DNA from: Pseudomonas aeruginosa PAO1
GTDB taxonomy: Bacteria; Pseudomonadota; Gammaproteobacteria; Pseudomonadales; Pseudomonadaceae
Reading direction: 5' to 3' (one strand)
Assembly: GCF_000006765.1 (NCBI RefSeq)
Contig: NC_002516.2
DNA length: 64,000 nucleotides
Shown: positions 1 to 9,775 of the stretch, in pieces
Position numbering within the stretch: position 1 is the first letter of the stretch
How the letters are laid out: each line of letters opens with the position of its first letter
Translations under genes and position numbers: made by a program
The notes under the pieces: model-generated
Database searches by the model: none
Seen by the model: only the letters and a program-made list of their open reading frames with translations
Told to the model about the DNA's origin: nothing

Positions 1-226
1 TGAAGGTCACACCGACTCCGTCGGCACCGACGCTTACAACCAGAAGCTGTCCGAGCGTCGTGCCAACGCCGTTCGTGACGTACTGGTCAACGAGTACGGT
101 GTAGAAGGTGGTCGCGTGAACGCTGTTGGTTACGGCGAGTCCCGCCCGGTTGCCGACAACGCCACCGCTGAAGGCCGCGCTATCAACCGTCGCGTTGAAG
201 CCGAAGTAGAAGCTGAAGCCAAGTAA
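1..226 (+). CDS. oprF: Outer membrane porin OprF, C-terminal OmpA-like domain (5'-truncated by window edge)
   Basis: The frame from position 2 reads [24 protein letters not shown]...[13 protein letters not shown] with the OmpA peptidoglycan-binding motifs GHTD and NRRVE; TAA at 224-226. Not in the ORF track. Confidence 0.97.
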   Translation, partial: EGHTDSVGTDAYNQKLSERRANAVRDVLVNEYGVEGGRVNAVGYGESRPVADNATAEGRAINRRVEAEVEAEAK

Positions 227-243
227 TCGGCTGAGCCTCTAAG

Positions 244-274
244 GAAAAACCCGGCCCAGGCCGGGTTTTTCTTT
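244..274. terminator. Bidirectional intrinsic terminator between oprF and cobA
   Basis: GAAAAACCCGGC-CCAG-GCCGGGTTTTTC hairpin with A/T tracts on both sides, between convergent genes. Confidence 0.85.
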
Positions 275-294
275 GCCTGGAAAAAGACCGCTCG

Positions 295-1032
295 TCAGGC
301 GCTCAGGGAAATCGGTTGCGACACGATGTCGCGGGTTACTTCGCCGATCACCAGGATCGCCGGGCTTTTCAAGGCGAAACGTCCGGCGTCCCGCAGTAGC
401 TCGCCGAGGTTGCTGCGGCATTCGCGCTGGTTGCCCAGGGTGGCGTTCTCGATCATCGCCAGCGGCGTATCCTCGGCCATACCTCCAGCCAGCAGCCCGG
501 CCTGGATCTCTGCGAGACGGGCGACGCCCATGTAGACCACCAGCGTGGTACCGCTGCGTGCCAGGGCTTCCCAGGCCAGCGGGCTGTCGTCCTGGGTATG
601 CGCGGTCACCAGGGTCACGCCGCGGCTGATGCCGCGGTAGGTCAGCGGTATGCCGCAGGCAGTGGCGCCAGCCAGCCCGGCGGTGATGCCGTTCACTATC
701 TCGCTGTCTATCCCGTGCCGGGCCAGCCATTCGGCTTCTTCGCCGGCGCGGCCGAAGATGCATGGATCGCCGCCTTTCAGGCGCACCACGCTGCGTCCCT
801 GGCGGGCATGCCGCAGCATCAGGCGCTGGATGAAGTCCTGCGGTGTGGAGCGGCAGCCGCCGCGTTTGCCGACCCGGACCAGCCGGGCGGACGGACAGTG
901 CTCCAGTATGCTCGGGTTGACCAGATCGTCGACCATCACCACATCCGCGTCCTGCAGGGCGCGAACTGCCTTCAGGGTCAACAGTTCCGGATCGCCGGGA
1001 CCCGCACCCACCAGCCAGACCTTACCGCTCAT
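295..1032 (-). CDS. cobA: Uroporphyrinogen-III C-methyltransferase (SUMT; siroheme supply for nitrite reductase)
   Basis: MSGKVWLVGAGPGDPELLTLKA, RLKGGDPCIFGR and GITAGLA tetrapyrrole methylase motifs; start refined to ATG at 1032 (245 aa). Confidence 0.93.
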   Translation of the reverse strand: MSGKVWLVGAGPGDPELLTLKAVRALQDADVVMVDDLVNPSILEHCPSARLVRVGKRGGCRSTPQDFIQRLMLRHARQGRSVVRLKGGDPCIFGRAGEEAEWLARHGIDSEIVNGITAGLAGATACGIPLTYRGISRGVTLVTAHTQDDSPLAWEALARSGTTLVVYMGVARLAEIQAGLLAGGMAEDTPLAMIENATLGNQRECRSNLGELLRDAGRFALKSPAILVIGEVTRDIVSQPISLSA

Positions 1033-1043
1033 CGTCGTTCTCC

Positions 1044-3770
1044 TCAGGCATTCGCTGCCATGGGCCGGGGGGCCGCCAGCAGTCTCTTGATTTCCGGTAC
1101 GCAGGAGCCGCAGCCGGTGCCGCAGCCGAACTCGCGCTTCAATCCGTCCAGGTCCAATCCGCGGGCGATGCCGCCGAGCACCGTTTGCTGGCTGACGTTC
1201 TGGCAACTGCACAGGGTCTTGCCGCCCGCACCCTGGCTGGGTCGTCCCGGTGCCGCGCCGAGTGGGGCGAGCAGCCAGCGGCGTAGCTCGCTATCGGCCC
1301 GGCCGGTAAGCCAGAGCTCTTTCAACCAGTCACGGGCGAGGGTTTCGCCGGCGAGCCGGACGGCGACGATGCGCCCGTCTTCGAGGCGCACGCGCTTGCC
1401 GATGGCCCGCCGTGGGTCGTCGTAGGCGAGGATCGGCCCGTCGAGCAATTCGAGTTGGCGATCTATCCGCTCCAGCAGGTCTGCGCCAGGTGCCTCATGG
1501 TGTGCGGCGCTGACCAGCAGGGCGGGGCGCTCGCGTCCGGCGAGACTGAAGCTGGCGTGGTCGAAGACTTCGCACAGCGCACGGAGGGCCTCGAAACGCG
1601 CCTGGATATCGGTTTCCACCAGCGCGAACAGGCGCCAGGGCAGTTCGACGGACTCGACCTGAACCCCGGCGTGCTTGAGTTCGGGTTGTTTCGACAGGGG
1701 GTCGAACGCCGGCAGGGTCAGGACATTGCAGCCCAGGCCCTTGAGGAAGCGATCGCCCCAGTGCATCGGCAGGAAGGCCTGGCCGGGGCGCACCGAGTCG
1801 TCTGCGCTCACCGGCAGGACCAGGGCGCCACGCCGGCTCTTCAGGCGCACGAGCTGCCCGTCCAGCAGTTGGCGGCGGCGCAGTTCCTCGGGATGCAGGT
1901 GCACCAGGGCCTCCTCTTCATGGCCGAACAGGCGTGCGCAGGTGCCGGTCCGGCTCATGCCGTGCCACTGGTCGCGCAAGCGTCCGGTATTGAGGGTCAG
2001 CGGGTAGCGCGCGTCGCGTTTTTCCTGGGCGGCGCGGTAGGGTTCGGCGACCAGTTGCGCGCGTCCCGAGGCGGTAGGGAAGCGGCCGTCTGCATAGAGC
2101 CGTGCGGTGCCTTGCTCCGCGCCAGTGGGAAATGGCCATTGCTGCGGCCCCAGGCGGTCGAGCAGTGCGTAGCTGAGGCCGGAAAGATCGAGGTCGCGCC
2201 CGGCGGTGAGCAGCTTGTATTCGTCGAACAGGCTGCGGCTGTCGGCAAAGGCGAACAGGCCGGGTTTAGCGGGCCGCAGGTGCCCTTCCAGGCGGCGCGC
2301 GAAGTCGCAGACGATGTTCCAGTCCTGGCGCGCTTCACCGGGGGGCGGAACGGCCCGACGGACATGACTGATCCGCCGTTCCGAATTGGTCACGGAGCCT
2401 TCCTTTTCTCCCCAGGATGCGGCTGGAAGCAAAAGGTCGGCGTATTGGCAGGTTTCCGTGCCGGCGAAGGCTTCCTGGACCACCACGAAGGGACAGCGGG
2501 CAAGGGCCTCGTGGATCTTGCGCTGGTCCGGCAGCGATTGCGCGGGGTTGGTACAGGCGATCCAGAGCGCCTTGATCCGACCGTCGTGGACCGCATCGAA
2601 CAGCTCGATGGCGCTGAGACCGGGGGACGTGGGCAACTGTTCCACACCCCAGTAGTGCGCCACCTCGGCGCGATGGCCGGGATCGGCGGCTTCGCGGTGG
2701 CCGGGCAGCAGGTTGGCCAGGCTGCCGGTCTCGCGACCGCCCATGGCGTTCGGCTGGCCGGTGAGGGAAAACGGCCCGCATCCGGCGCGGCCGATCTTGC
2801 CGGTGGCCAGGTGCAGGTTGATCAGCGCGCTGTTCTTGGCGCTGCCGGCGCTGGACTGGTTGAGCCCCATGCACCAGAGCGAAAGGAAGCGCGGCGAACG
2901 GCCGATCCATTCGGCGCAGCGCTGCAGGTCGGCGCGGTCGATGCCGCAGATGTCGGCGACGGCGGCCGGGGTGTAGTCGCGCACCAGTTCCTTCAGGTCG
3001 GCGAAACCCTCGGTATGCTCGGCGATGAACGAACGGTCGATCCAGTCCTCCCAGAGCAGGATATGCAGGATGCCGTGGAACAGTGCGACGTCGGTGCCGG
3101 GCAGCAGCGCCAGGTGCAGGTCGGCCAGCTCGCAGGTGTCGGTGCGCCGCGGGTCGATCACGACGATGCGCATCTCCGGCCGAGCGGCCTTGGCGGCCTC
3201 CAGGCGACGGAACAGGACCGGGTGGGCGAAGGCCATGTTGCTGCCGGCGATCAGCACGCAATCGGCGCAGTCGAGGTCTTCGTAGCTGCACGGCGGTGCG
3301 TCGGCGCCCAGGCTGCGCTTGTAGCCGACCACCGCCGAGGACATGCACAGGCGCGAATTGCTGTCGATGTTGTTGGTGCCGACCAGGGCCCGCGCCAGCT
3401 TGTTGAAGGCGTAGTAGTCCTCGGTCAGCAACTGGCCGGATATATAGAAGGCCACGCTGTCCGGCCCGTGTTCGCGAATGGTCTCGGCGAAACGCCCGGC
3501 GGCATGTTCCAGGGCACTCTCCCAGTCGCTGCGAGCCCGCGCCAGTTGCTTGCCGAGGCGCAGTTGGGGGTACAGCGCGCGGGCCTGGAGGTCGCCGGTC
3601 AGGTGCAGGCTGGCGCCTTTGCTGCAGAGTCTGCCGAAGTTGGCCGGGTGCCGCGGATCGCCTTGCACGCCGAGGATGCGTTCGCCGTCGTGTTCGATCA
3701 GGACGCCACAACCCACGCCGCAGTAGCAGCAGGTCGAAGCGGTGGTGCGCAGCGGGGAATCTGTCGACAT
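1044..3770 (-). CDS. nasC: Assimilatory nitrate reductase catalytic subunit (Mo-bis-MGD, 4Fe-4S, C-terminal BFD-like 2Fe-2S)
   Basis: N-terminal TCCYCGVGCG...C, NIDSNSRLCMSSA, LNTGRLRDQWH, C-terminal CSC...CGTGCGSC. Confidence 0.93.
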   Translation of the reverse strand: MSTDSPLRTTASTCCYCGVGCGVLIEHDGERILGVQGDPRHPANFGRLCSKGASLHLTGDLQARALYPQLRLGKQLARARSDWESALEHAAGRFAETIREHGPDSVAFYISGQLLTEDYYAFNKLARALVGTNNIDSNSRLCMSSAVVGYKRSLGADAPPCSYEDLDCADCVLIAGSNMAFAHPVLFRRLEAAKAARPEMRIVVIDPRRTDTCELADLHLALLPGTDVALFHGILHILLWEDWIDRSFIAEHTEGFADLKELVRDYTPAAVADICGIDRADLQRCAEWIGRSPRFLSLWCMGLNQSSAGSAKNSALINLHLATGKIGRAGCGPFSLTGQPNAMGGRETGSLANLLPGHREAADPGHRAEVAHYWGVEQLPTSPGLSAIELFDAVHDGRIKALWIACTNPAQSLPDQRKIHEALARCPFVVVQEAFAGTETCQYADLLLPAASWGEKEGSVTNSERRISHVRRAVPPPGEARQDWNIVCDFARRLEGHLRPAKPGLFAFADSRSLFDEYKLLTAGRDLDLSGLSYALLDRLGPQQWPFPTGAEQGTARLYADGRFPTASGRAQLVAEPYRAAQEKRDARYPLTLNTGRLRDQWHGMSRTGTCARLFGHEEEALVHLHPEELRRRQLLDGQLVRLKSRRGALVLPVSADDSVRPGQAFLPMHWGDRFLKGLGCNVLTLPAFDPLSKQPELKHAGVQVESVELPWRLFALVETDIQARFEALRALCEVFDHASFSLAGRERPALLVSAAHHEAPGADLLERIDRQLELLDGPILAYDDPRRAIGKRVRLEDGRIVAVRLAGETLARDWLKELWLTGRADSELRRWLLAPLGAAPGRPSQGAGGKTLCSCQNVSQQTVLGGIARGLDLDGLKREFGCGTGCGSCVPEIKRLLAAPRPMAANA

Positions 3771-3796
3771 GCTCGGCTCCTGTTATCGGCGAGAGA

Positions 3797-4123
3797 TCAG
3801 GCGCACAGCGCCACGCTGTCCAGGCCGAGCAGCACCCGTCCGTTCTCCACCCGCACCGGGTGGCGATGGGCGCAGCCCTGGTCCGGGGCCACGGCTTCGC
3901 CGCTCTCCAGTTCAATCTGCCAGTTGTGCAACGGACAGGCCACTCGCTTGCCGTAGATCAGGCCCTGGGACAGCGGGCCGCCCTTGTGCGGGCAGCGGTC
4001 ATCGAGGGCGAAGACCTGGTCGTCGGCGGCGCGGAAGATGGCGATGTCGCCTTTCGGGCCGGCGACCACGCGCGAGCCCAGCGGGTTGATTTCATCGAGG
4101 GAGCAGATATCCAGCCAGTTCAT
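3797..4123 (-). CDS. nirD: Nitrite reductase small (Rieske) subunit
   Basis: Rieske motifs CPHKGGPL and CPLHNW; lies downstream of nirB. Confidence 0.93.
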   Translation of the reverse strand: MNWLDICSLDEINPLGSRVVAGPKGDIAIFRAADDQVFALDDRCPHKGGPLSQGLIYGKRVACPLHNWQIELESGEAVAPDQGCAHRHPVRVENGRVLLGLDSVALCA

Positions 4124-4175
4124 CGGTTCACTCCGGTAGGGGGAGGGCCGCCGTGGGAGGGCCCGGGCAAGGGAT

Positions 4176-6626
4176 TCAGACGTTTTCCAGTTGCTTGAGC
4201 GAAATCCGTTCGAACTCCTTCTTCAATTGCGGCTGTTCGATGCGCTGCTTCCATGGGTCCTGCTCGAAGGACAGGGCGAATTGCAGGCGGTCGTTGAGCG
4301 CCTTGCGGTTTTCCGCGTCCTCGACCACCGCCTTGCGGATGTGCTCCATGCCGACCCGCTGCAGATAATGCACCGTGCGCTCCAGGTAGAAGGCTTCCTC
4401 GCGGTAGAGCTGGAGGAAGGCGCCGTTGTATTCGCGCACCTCTTCGGCGGTCTTGAGCTTGACGAAGAACTCCGCGACCTCGGTCTTGATCCCGCCGTTG
4501 CCGCCGATGTACATCTCCCAGCCGGAGTCCACGCCGATGATGCCGACGTCCTTGATCCCGGCCTCGGCGCAATTGCGCGGGCAGCCGGAGACCGCCAGCT
4601 TGACCTTGTGCGGCGACCACATGTTGAACAGGTCGTGTTCCAGATCGATGCCCAGCTGCGTCGAGTTCTGCGTGCCGAAGCGGCAGAATTCGCTGCCGAC
4701 ACAGGTCTTCACGGTGCGGATGGATTTGCCGTAGGCATGTCCGGAGGGCATGTCGAGGTCTTTCCAGATGGCCGGCAGGTCGTCCTTCTTCACCCCCAGC
4801 AGGTCGATGCGCTGGCCGCCGGTGACCTTGACCATCGGCACCTGGTACTTGTCGGCGACGTCGGCGATGCGCCGCAACTCGGCGGCGTTGGTCACGCCGC
4901 CCCACATCCGCGGTACCACCGAGTAGGTGCCGTCCTTCTGGATGTTGGCGTGGGCGCGTTCGTTGATCAGGCGCGACTGCGGATCGTCCTTGGCTTCTCC
5001 CGGCCAGGTCGAGATCAGGTAGTAGTTCAGGGCCGGGCGGCAGGTGGCACAGCCGTTCGGGGTCTTCCAGTCCATGAAGCGCATGGCGGCGTCGAGACTG
5101 GTCAGCCGGTGTTCGCGAATGGCCTTGCGGATCTGCCCGTGGTTGAGGTCGCTGCAGCCGCAGATGGCCTTCTCGCTCTTCGGCTTGACGTCGGCGGCGC
5201 CGCCGACGGTGCTGATCAGGATCTGTTCCACCAATCCCGCGCAGGAGCCGCAGGAGCTGGCGGCCTTGGTGTGTTTCTTGACTTCGTCGACGCTGAACAG
5301 GCCGTGTTCTTGTATGGCCTTGACGATGGTGCCCTTGCAGACGCCGTTGCAGCCACATACTTCGGCCGTGTCGGGCATGCTCGCGGCGCTGTTCTGGCCC
5401 TGGTGGCCGACATCGCCGAGGGCGTTCTCGCCGAACATCAGGTGGTCGCGGATCTGCGCGACGTTGTGGTTCTCGCGGATCTGCCGGAAGTACCAGCCGC
5501 CGTCGGCGGTGTCGCCGTAGAGACAGGCGCCGACCAGTACATCGTCCTTGATCACCAGCTTCTTGTAGACGCCGCCGATGGGGTCGGAAAGGGTGATGGT
5601 CTCGCTGCCTTCGCCGCCGATGAAGTCGCCGGCGGAGAACAGGTCGATACCGGTCACCTTGAGCTTGGTCGAGGTCACCGAGCCCTGGTAGCGGGCGTAG
5701 CCGAGATGAGCCAGGTGGTTGGCGCAGACCTTGGCCTGCTCGAACAGCGGCGCAACCAGGCCGTAGGCGATGCCACGGTGGTTGGCGCATTCGCCGACCG
5801 CATAGATGCGTGGGTCGTAGGTCTGCAGGGTGTCGTTGACCAGGATGCCGCGGTTGCAGGGGATGCCCGCGCTTTCGGCCAGCTCGGTATTGGGGCGGAT
5901 GCCGGCGGCCATTACCACCAGGTCGGCGGGAATCACGTCGCCGTCGTTGAACTGCACGGCACAGACCCGGCCGCTGCCGTTGTCCATCAGTTCCTGGGTC
6001 TGGGTGTTCAGGCGGAAGCGGATGCCGCGGGCTTCCAGCGCGCCTTGCAGGAGTTTGCCGGCGGTGCGGTCCAGTTGGCGTTCCAGCAGCCAGTCGGAGA
6101 GGTGCACGACGGTCACGTCCATGCCGCGTTGCTTGAGGCCGTTGGCCGCCTCCAGGCCGAGCAGGCCGCCGCCGATCACCACCGCGTGGCTGTGGGTCCG
6201 GGCGCAGTCGATCATGGCCTGGGTGTCGGCGATGTCGCGGTAGCCGATCACGCCCTGCAGGCGATTGCCGGGTATCGGCAGGATGAAGGGGAGCGAGCCG
6301 GTGGCCAGCAGCAGGCGGTCGTACTCGGCCTCGCTGCCGTCCGCGGCGACCACCCTGCGGCGAAGCCGGTCGATCTGCACCACCTTGCGGTCGAGGAGGA
6401 GCTTGATGCCGTTTTCCGCATACCAGTTGAGGTCGTTGAGGACGATTTCCTCGAAGGTCTGCTCGCCGGCCAGCACCGGGGACAGCAGGATGCGGTTGTA
6501 GTTGGGATGGGGCTCGGCGCCGAACACCGTGATGTCGTAGAAGTCCGAGTTGAGCTTGAGCAGTTCTTCCAGGGTACGGACCCCGGCCATGCCGTTGCCG
6601 ACCATCACCAGCTTGATCTTCTTCAT
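4176..6626 (-). CDS. nirB: Assimilatory NAD(P)H nitrite reductase large subunit
   Basis: VMVGNGMAG FAD site, GGGLLGLE, BFD CGCNGV...CGSC, siroheme motifs KTCVGSEFC and SGCPRNC; ATG at 6626 preceded by AGGAG (816 aa). Confidence 0.95.
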   Translation of the reverse strand: MKKIKLVMVGNGMAGVRTLEELLKLNSDFYDITVFGAEPHPNYNRILLSPVLAGEQTFEEIVLNDLNWYAENGIKLLLDRKVVQIDRLRRRVVAADGSEAEYDRLLLATGSLPFILPIPGNRLQGVIGYRDIADTQAMIDCARTHSHAVVIGGGLLGLEAANGLKQRGMDVTVVHLSDWLLERQLDRTAGKLLQGALEARGIRFRLNTQTQELMDNGSGRVCAVQFNDGDVIPADLVVMAAGIRPNTELAESAGIPCNRGILVNDTLQTYDPRIYAVGECANHRGIAYGLVAPLFEQAKVCANHLAHLGYARYQGSVTSTKLKVTGIDLFSAGDFIGGEGSETITLSDPIGGVYKKLVIKDDVLVGACLYGDTADGGWYFRQIRENHNVAQIRDHLMFGENALGDVGHQGQNSAASMPDTAEVCGCNGVCKGTIVKAIQEHGLFSVDEVKKHTKAASSCGSCAGLVEQILISTVGGAADVKPKSEKAICGCSDLNHGQIRKAIREHRLTSLDAAMRFMDWKTPNGCATCRPALNYYLISTWPGEAKDDPQSRLINERAHANIQKDGTYSVVPRMWGGVTNAAELRRIADVADKYQVPMVKVTGGQRIDLLGVKKDDLPAIWKDLDMPSGHAYGKSIRTVKTCVGSEFCRFGTQNSTQLGIDLEHDLFNMWSPHKVKLAVSGCPRNCAEAGIKDVGIIGVDSGWEMYIGGNGGIKTEVAEFFVKLKTAEEVREYNGAFLQLYREEAFYLERTVHYLQRVGMEHIRKAVVEDAENRKALNDRLQFALSFEQDPWKQRIEQPQLKKEFERISLKQLENV

Positions 6627-6655
6627 GCGGAGTAGCTCCTGCATAAGGTTGGCGC

Positions 6656-6765
6656 AAACAAAAAAGGCGTCCCGCTGTTGCCAGCAGGACGCCTTTGTCC
6701 AGGTCCCGTTCGGTCGGGAAACGCCGCCTCGTCGTTGAGGCAGGCGCTTTGTTGTCGATTGTCGG
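6656..6765 (-). ncRNA. nalA: nirB leader RNA with ANTAR dual hairpin and intrinsic terminator (NalA-type attenuator)
   Basis: Minus strand: GCCTC-AACGAC-GAGGC, then GGAC-AAAGGC-GTCC overlapping the 5' arm of terminator AAAGGCGTCC-TGCTG-GCAA-CAGCG-GGACGCCTTTTTTGTTT. The 5' end is approximate. Confidence 0.85.
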
Positions 6766-6774
6766 GAGAACCCA

Positions 6775-6790
6775 AGCAGGCGCCGTGCCA
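6775..6790 (-). promoter_or_regulatory. Sigma-54 promoter of the nirBD-nasC-cobA operon
   Basis: TGGCAC-GGCGC-CTGCT matches the -24/-12 consensus TGGCAC-N5-TTGCW. Confidence 0.85.
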
Positions 6791-6855
6791 ACTTGCGCTG
6801 TTGCCTATCTCCATGGCCTTGCAGGGATAACGCGGGGCCTCCCCGCGGTCTTTCT

Positions 6856-6890
6856 GCCCCGTGCCGGGGCGTATCGCACCGAGCTGGTGC
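6856..6890. promoter_or_regulatory. Candidate NtrC enhancer pair for the nirB promoter
   Basis: GCACC-N5-GGTGC at 6876-6890 and degenerate GCCCC-N5-GGGGC at 6856-6870, about 65-100 bp upstream of the -24 element. Confidence 0.55.
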
Positions 6891-6893
6891 CTC

Positions 6894-8561
6894 TCAGCCC
6901 TTCAGCCAGACCAGGAGTAGCGCCAGGTTGGCGGCCAGGGACAGCAGGGCGATGGCGCGCCAGGTCTGCAGCGGTTCGCGCTCCAGCAATGGGCGGGTTG
7001 CCGCGGCCGGCAACGCTTCTCCCTGTTGCAGCGAGAGCAGCCATTCCTCGGCGGTCTCGAAGCGCTGTGCGGGGTCGCAGGCGACGGCGCGCAGCAGCAG
7101 GTCGTCGATCCAGGCCGGCAGGTCGGGGCGATAGCGGCTGGGCGGGACGGGGCGACCGAAGCGCGGGTGCTGGAAGGCTTCGATCTCGCCATAGGGATAG
7201 CGCCCGGTCAGCGCCTGGTAGAGGCAGACGCCGGTGGCGTAGAGATCCTGGCGCACCGAGGGCGAGGTGCCGGAGAAGCACTCCGGCGCCAGGTAGCTGG
7301 GCGTACCCGGTAGCAGATGGGGGTCTTCGCGCGACAATCCCGGACACCAGGCCAGGCCGAAATCCAGCAGGCGCAGCTCGCCGTCGCGGCCGAGGTGGAG
7401 ATTTTCCGGCTTGAGGTCGCGGTGCAGCAGGTTGCGTCGATGCAACTGGCCAAGCCCGCGCAGCAGCTGGTTGGCCAGCCCCAGCCACTCCGGCAGCGAC
7501 AGCGGGCCATGGTTGCGCAAGCGCTCGGCGAGAGTCTCTCCGGGGTGCTCGCGCATCAGGTAATACAGATGCTGGCGTTGCGCCAATCCGTGCAGCTCGG
7601 GGAAATGCCGGCCCTGGACGCGGCGCAGGAACCATTCCTCGAGCAGCAGGGCCTGGGTTGCCAGCGGATCGTCGGCACGTGCGGCGGGAAGGGTCTTCAG
7701 CAGCCAGGGTTGGCCCTGGCCATCCTCGACCCGGTAGAGCAGGGACTGGCGGGATTCGCCGAGCAACTGCCGGACCCGCCAGCCTTCGAAGAGCTGGTCG
7801 GGCTTCAGCGGTGGCGGCAGTGGCCAGTGGCCCAGTTGCGCGAGGGCGTCGCCGAGGCTGCCTGCGGGCACGGCTTCCACGCGCACCAGCAGGGCGCTGG
7901 CGTTGTCCTGGCTGCCTGCCAGGTGGGCGGCGCGAACCAGGGCCTCGGCGCTGCGCTGCGGCTCTTCGGCGTTGCGCAGGATGCTGCGGATGCCGCTGTC
8001 GCCCAGCGTCGCCCAGACGCCGTCGCTGACCAGTAGCCACTGGCTGCCGGGCTCCAGATCGCCTTCCAGATAGTCGACCACCAGATGCTGGTCCAGTCCC
8101 AGGGCGCGGGTCAGCACGTGTTGCATGTGCGGCTGTTCCCAGACGTGGTCGCTGGTCTGCCGGAGCAACTCGCCGTCGCGCCACAGGTAGGCCCGGCAAT
8201 CGCCGACGTGGGCCAGGGTGTAGCGGGTGCCGCGCAGCACCAGGGCGGTGAGGGTGGTGAGCAGCGGCTGGCCGCCACCATTGGCCTGTAGCCAGCGGTT
8301 CTGCGCCAGCAGCAGGCGGTCCAGGGACTGCACGATGGCCCAGGTTTCCGGAGTCGCATAGTAATCCAGGGCCAGCGCTTGCAGGCTGCTGCGCGCCGCC
8401 AGGCCGCCATCGGCGCACTGGCTGACACCGTCGGCGATGGCCAGCAGGTGTCCCTTGCTGGCGGCCAGGGCCGGCGCCGGGGTGACCACCCGCAGCGCGT
8501 CCTGGTTTTCCGTGCGAGGCCCGCAGGCGCTGGCTTCGCCAATGCTCAGTCGCAACCCCAC
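6894..8561 (-). CDS. Bifunctional PP2C-type phosphatase / Hanks-type Ser/Thr kinase with C-terminal membrane anchor
   Basis: PP2C motifs ENQD, IADG, HVGDCRAY, LTRALG, VSDGVW, QDNAS; kinase motifs LLK, HRDLKPEN, DFG, GTPSYLAPE, DLYATG; hydrophobic C-terminal tail. GTG start at 8561, 2 nt after the nasA stop. Confidence 0.88.
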   Translation of the reverse strand: MGLRLSIGEASACGPRTENQDALRVVTPAPALAASKGHLLAIADGVSQCADGGLAARSSLQALALDYYATPETWAIVQSLDRLLLAQNRWLQANGGGQPLLTTLTALVLRGTRYTLAHVGDCRAYLWRDGELLRQTSDHVWEQPHMQHVLTRALGLDQHLVVDYLEGDLEPGSQWLLVSDGVWATLGDSGIRSILRNAEEPQRSAEALVRAAHLAGSQDNASALLVRVEAVPAGSLGDALAQLGHWPLPPPLKPDQLFEGWRVRQLLGESRQSLLYRVEDGQGQPWLLKTLPAARADDPLATQALLLEEWFLRRVQGRHFPELHGLAQRQHLYYLMREHPGETLAERLRNHGPLSLPEWLGLANQLLRGLGQLHRRNLLHRDLKPENLHLGRDGELRLLDFGLAWCPGLSREDPHLLPGTPSYLAPECFSGTSPSVRQDLYATGVCLYQALTGRYPYGEIEAFQHPRFGRPVPPSRYRPDLPAWIDDLLLRAVACDPAQRFETAEEWLLSLQQGEALPAAATRPLLEREPLQTWRAIALLSLAANLALLLVWLKG

Positions 8562-8563
8562 GC

Positions 8564-9775
8564 TCAGACCCGCGCGGCGGTGACCGCGGCCGAGCCCCAG
8601 GTGGTGCGCCAGCGCCGCTTCACCCCGTGGAGGCCGAACCAGGCCAGCACGCCGAGACTGGCGAACAGCCACAGGCCGAGCTGGTAGTCGCCGGTGCTTT
8701 GCTTGATCGCGCCGAGGCCGGCAGTCAGGCAGAAGCCGCCGATGCCGCCGGCCATGCCGATCAGCCCGGTCATCACGCCGATTTCCTTGTGGAAGCGCTG
8801 CGGTACCAACTGGAACACCGCGCCATTACCGGCACCGAGACTGAGCATGGCGACCACGAACAGGCCGAGGGCGGCCATCGCGCTGGGCAAGTGGAAACCG
8901 ACCGCGGCGATGCAGATGGCGGCCAGGGTGTACACCATCAGCAGGCTGCGGATGCCGCCGATGCGATCGGCGAGGGCGCCACCGAGCGGGCGCATCAGGC
9001 TGCCGGCGAAGACGCAGGCGGCGGTGTAGTAGCCGGCGGTCACCGGGTTCAGGCCGTACTGGTCGTGGAAATAGCCGGGCAGGGTGCTGGCCAGGCCGAG
9101 GAAGCCGCCGAAGGTGACGCTGTAGAAGAACATGAACCACCAGCTGTCGCGGTCGCCGAGGGCTTTCAGGTAATCGCCCATGGCCTTGGGCGCCGGCCGC
9201 TGCGGGGCGTTGCGCGCGACCATGGCGAACACCAGGAGGGTCAGGACGAGCGGCAGCAGGGCGAAGCCGAACACATTGTTCCAGCCGAACGCGGCGGCCA
9301 GGCCGGGGGCGAAGAGGGCGGCGAGCACGGTGCCGGAGTTGCCCGCGCCGGCGATGCCCATGGCCTTGCCCTGGTGTTGCGGCGGGTACCATTGCGATGC
9401 GAGCGGCAGGGCCACGGCGAAGGATGCCCCGGCGAAGCCGAGGAACAACCCCAGCAGCAGTGCCTGCGCATAGCTGTTCACGCCCAGCAGCCAGGCGGCC
9501 GCCAGGGCGGCGATGACGATGACCTGGGCGAGGATGCCGGCGCTCTTCGGCGACCAGCGATCGGCCAGCAGGCCGAGCAGGAAGCGCAGTACGGCGCCGG
9601 CGAGGATCGGCGTGGCGACCATCATCGCGCGCTGTTGGGTGCTCAGTTGCAGGTCGCCGGCAATCTGCACCCCCAGCGGGCCGAGCACGTACCAGACCAT
9701 GAAGCTCAGGTCGAAATAGAGAAACGCCGCGAACAGGGTCGGCGCATGGCCGGCCTTCCAGAAGCTGTTGTTCAT
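8564..9775 (-). CDS. nasA: MFS nitrate/nitrite transporter (NarK/NasA family)
   Basis: Nitrate signatures FLGFAGASFAVA...AGAGNSG and GAGNGAVFQLVP; multiple hydrophobic helices; ATG at 9775 (403 aa). Confidence 0.92.
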   Translation of the reverse strand: MNNSFWKAGHAPTLFAAFLYFDLSFMVWYVLGPLGVQIAGDLQLSTQQRAMMVATPILAGAVLRFLLGLLADRWSPKSAGILAQVIVIAALAAAWLLGVNSYAQALLLGLFLGFAGASFAVALPLASQWYPPQHQGKAMGIAGAGNSGTVLAALFAPGLAAAFGWNNVFGFALLPLVLTLLVFAMVARNAPQRPAPKAMGDYLKALGDRDSWWFMFFYSVTFGGFLGLASTLPGYFHDQYGLNPVTAGYYTAACVFAGSLMRPLGGALADRIGGIRSLLMVYTLAAICIAAVGFHLPSAMAALGLFVVAMLSLGAGNGAVFQLVPQRFHKEIGVMTGLIGMAGGIGGFCLTAGLGAIKQSTGDYQLGLWLFASLGVLAWFGLHGVKRRWRTTWGSAAVTAARV

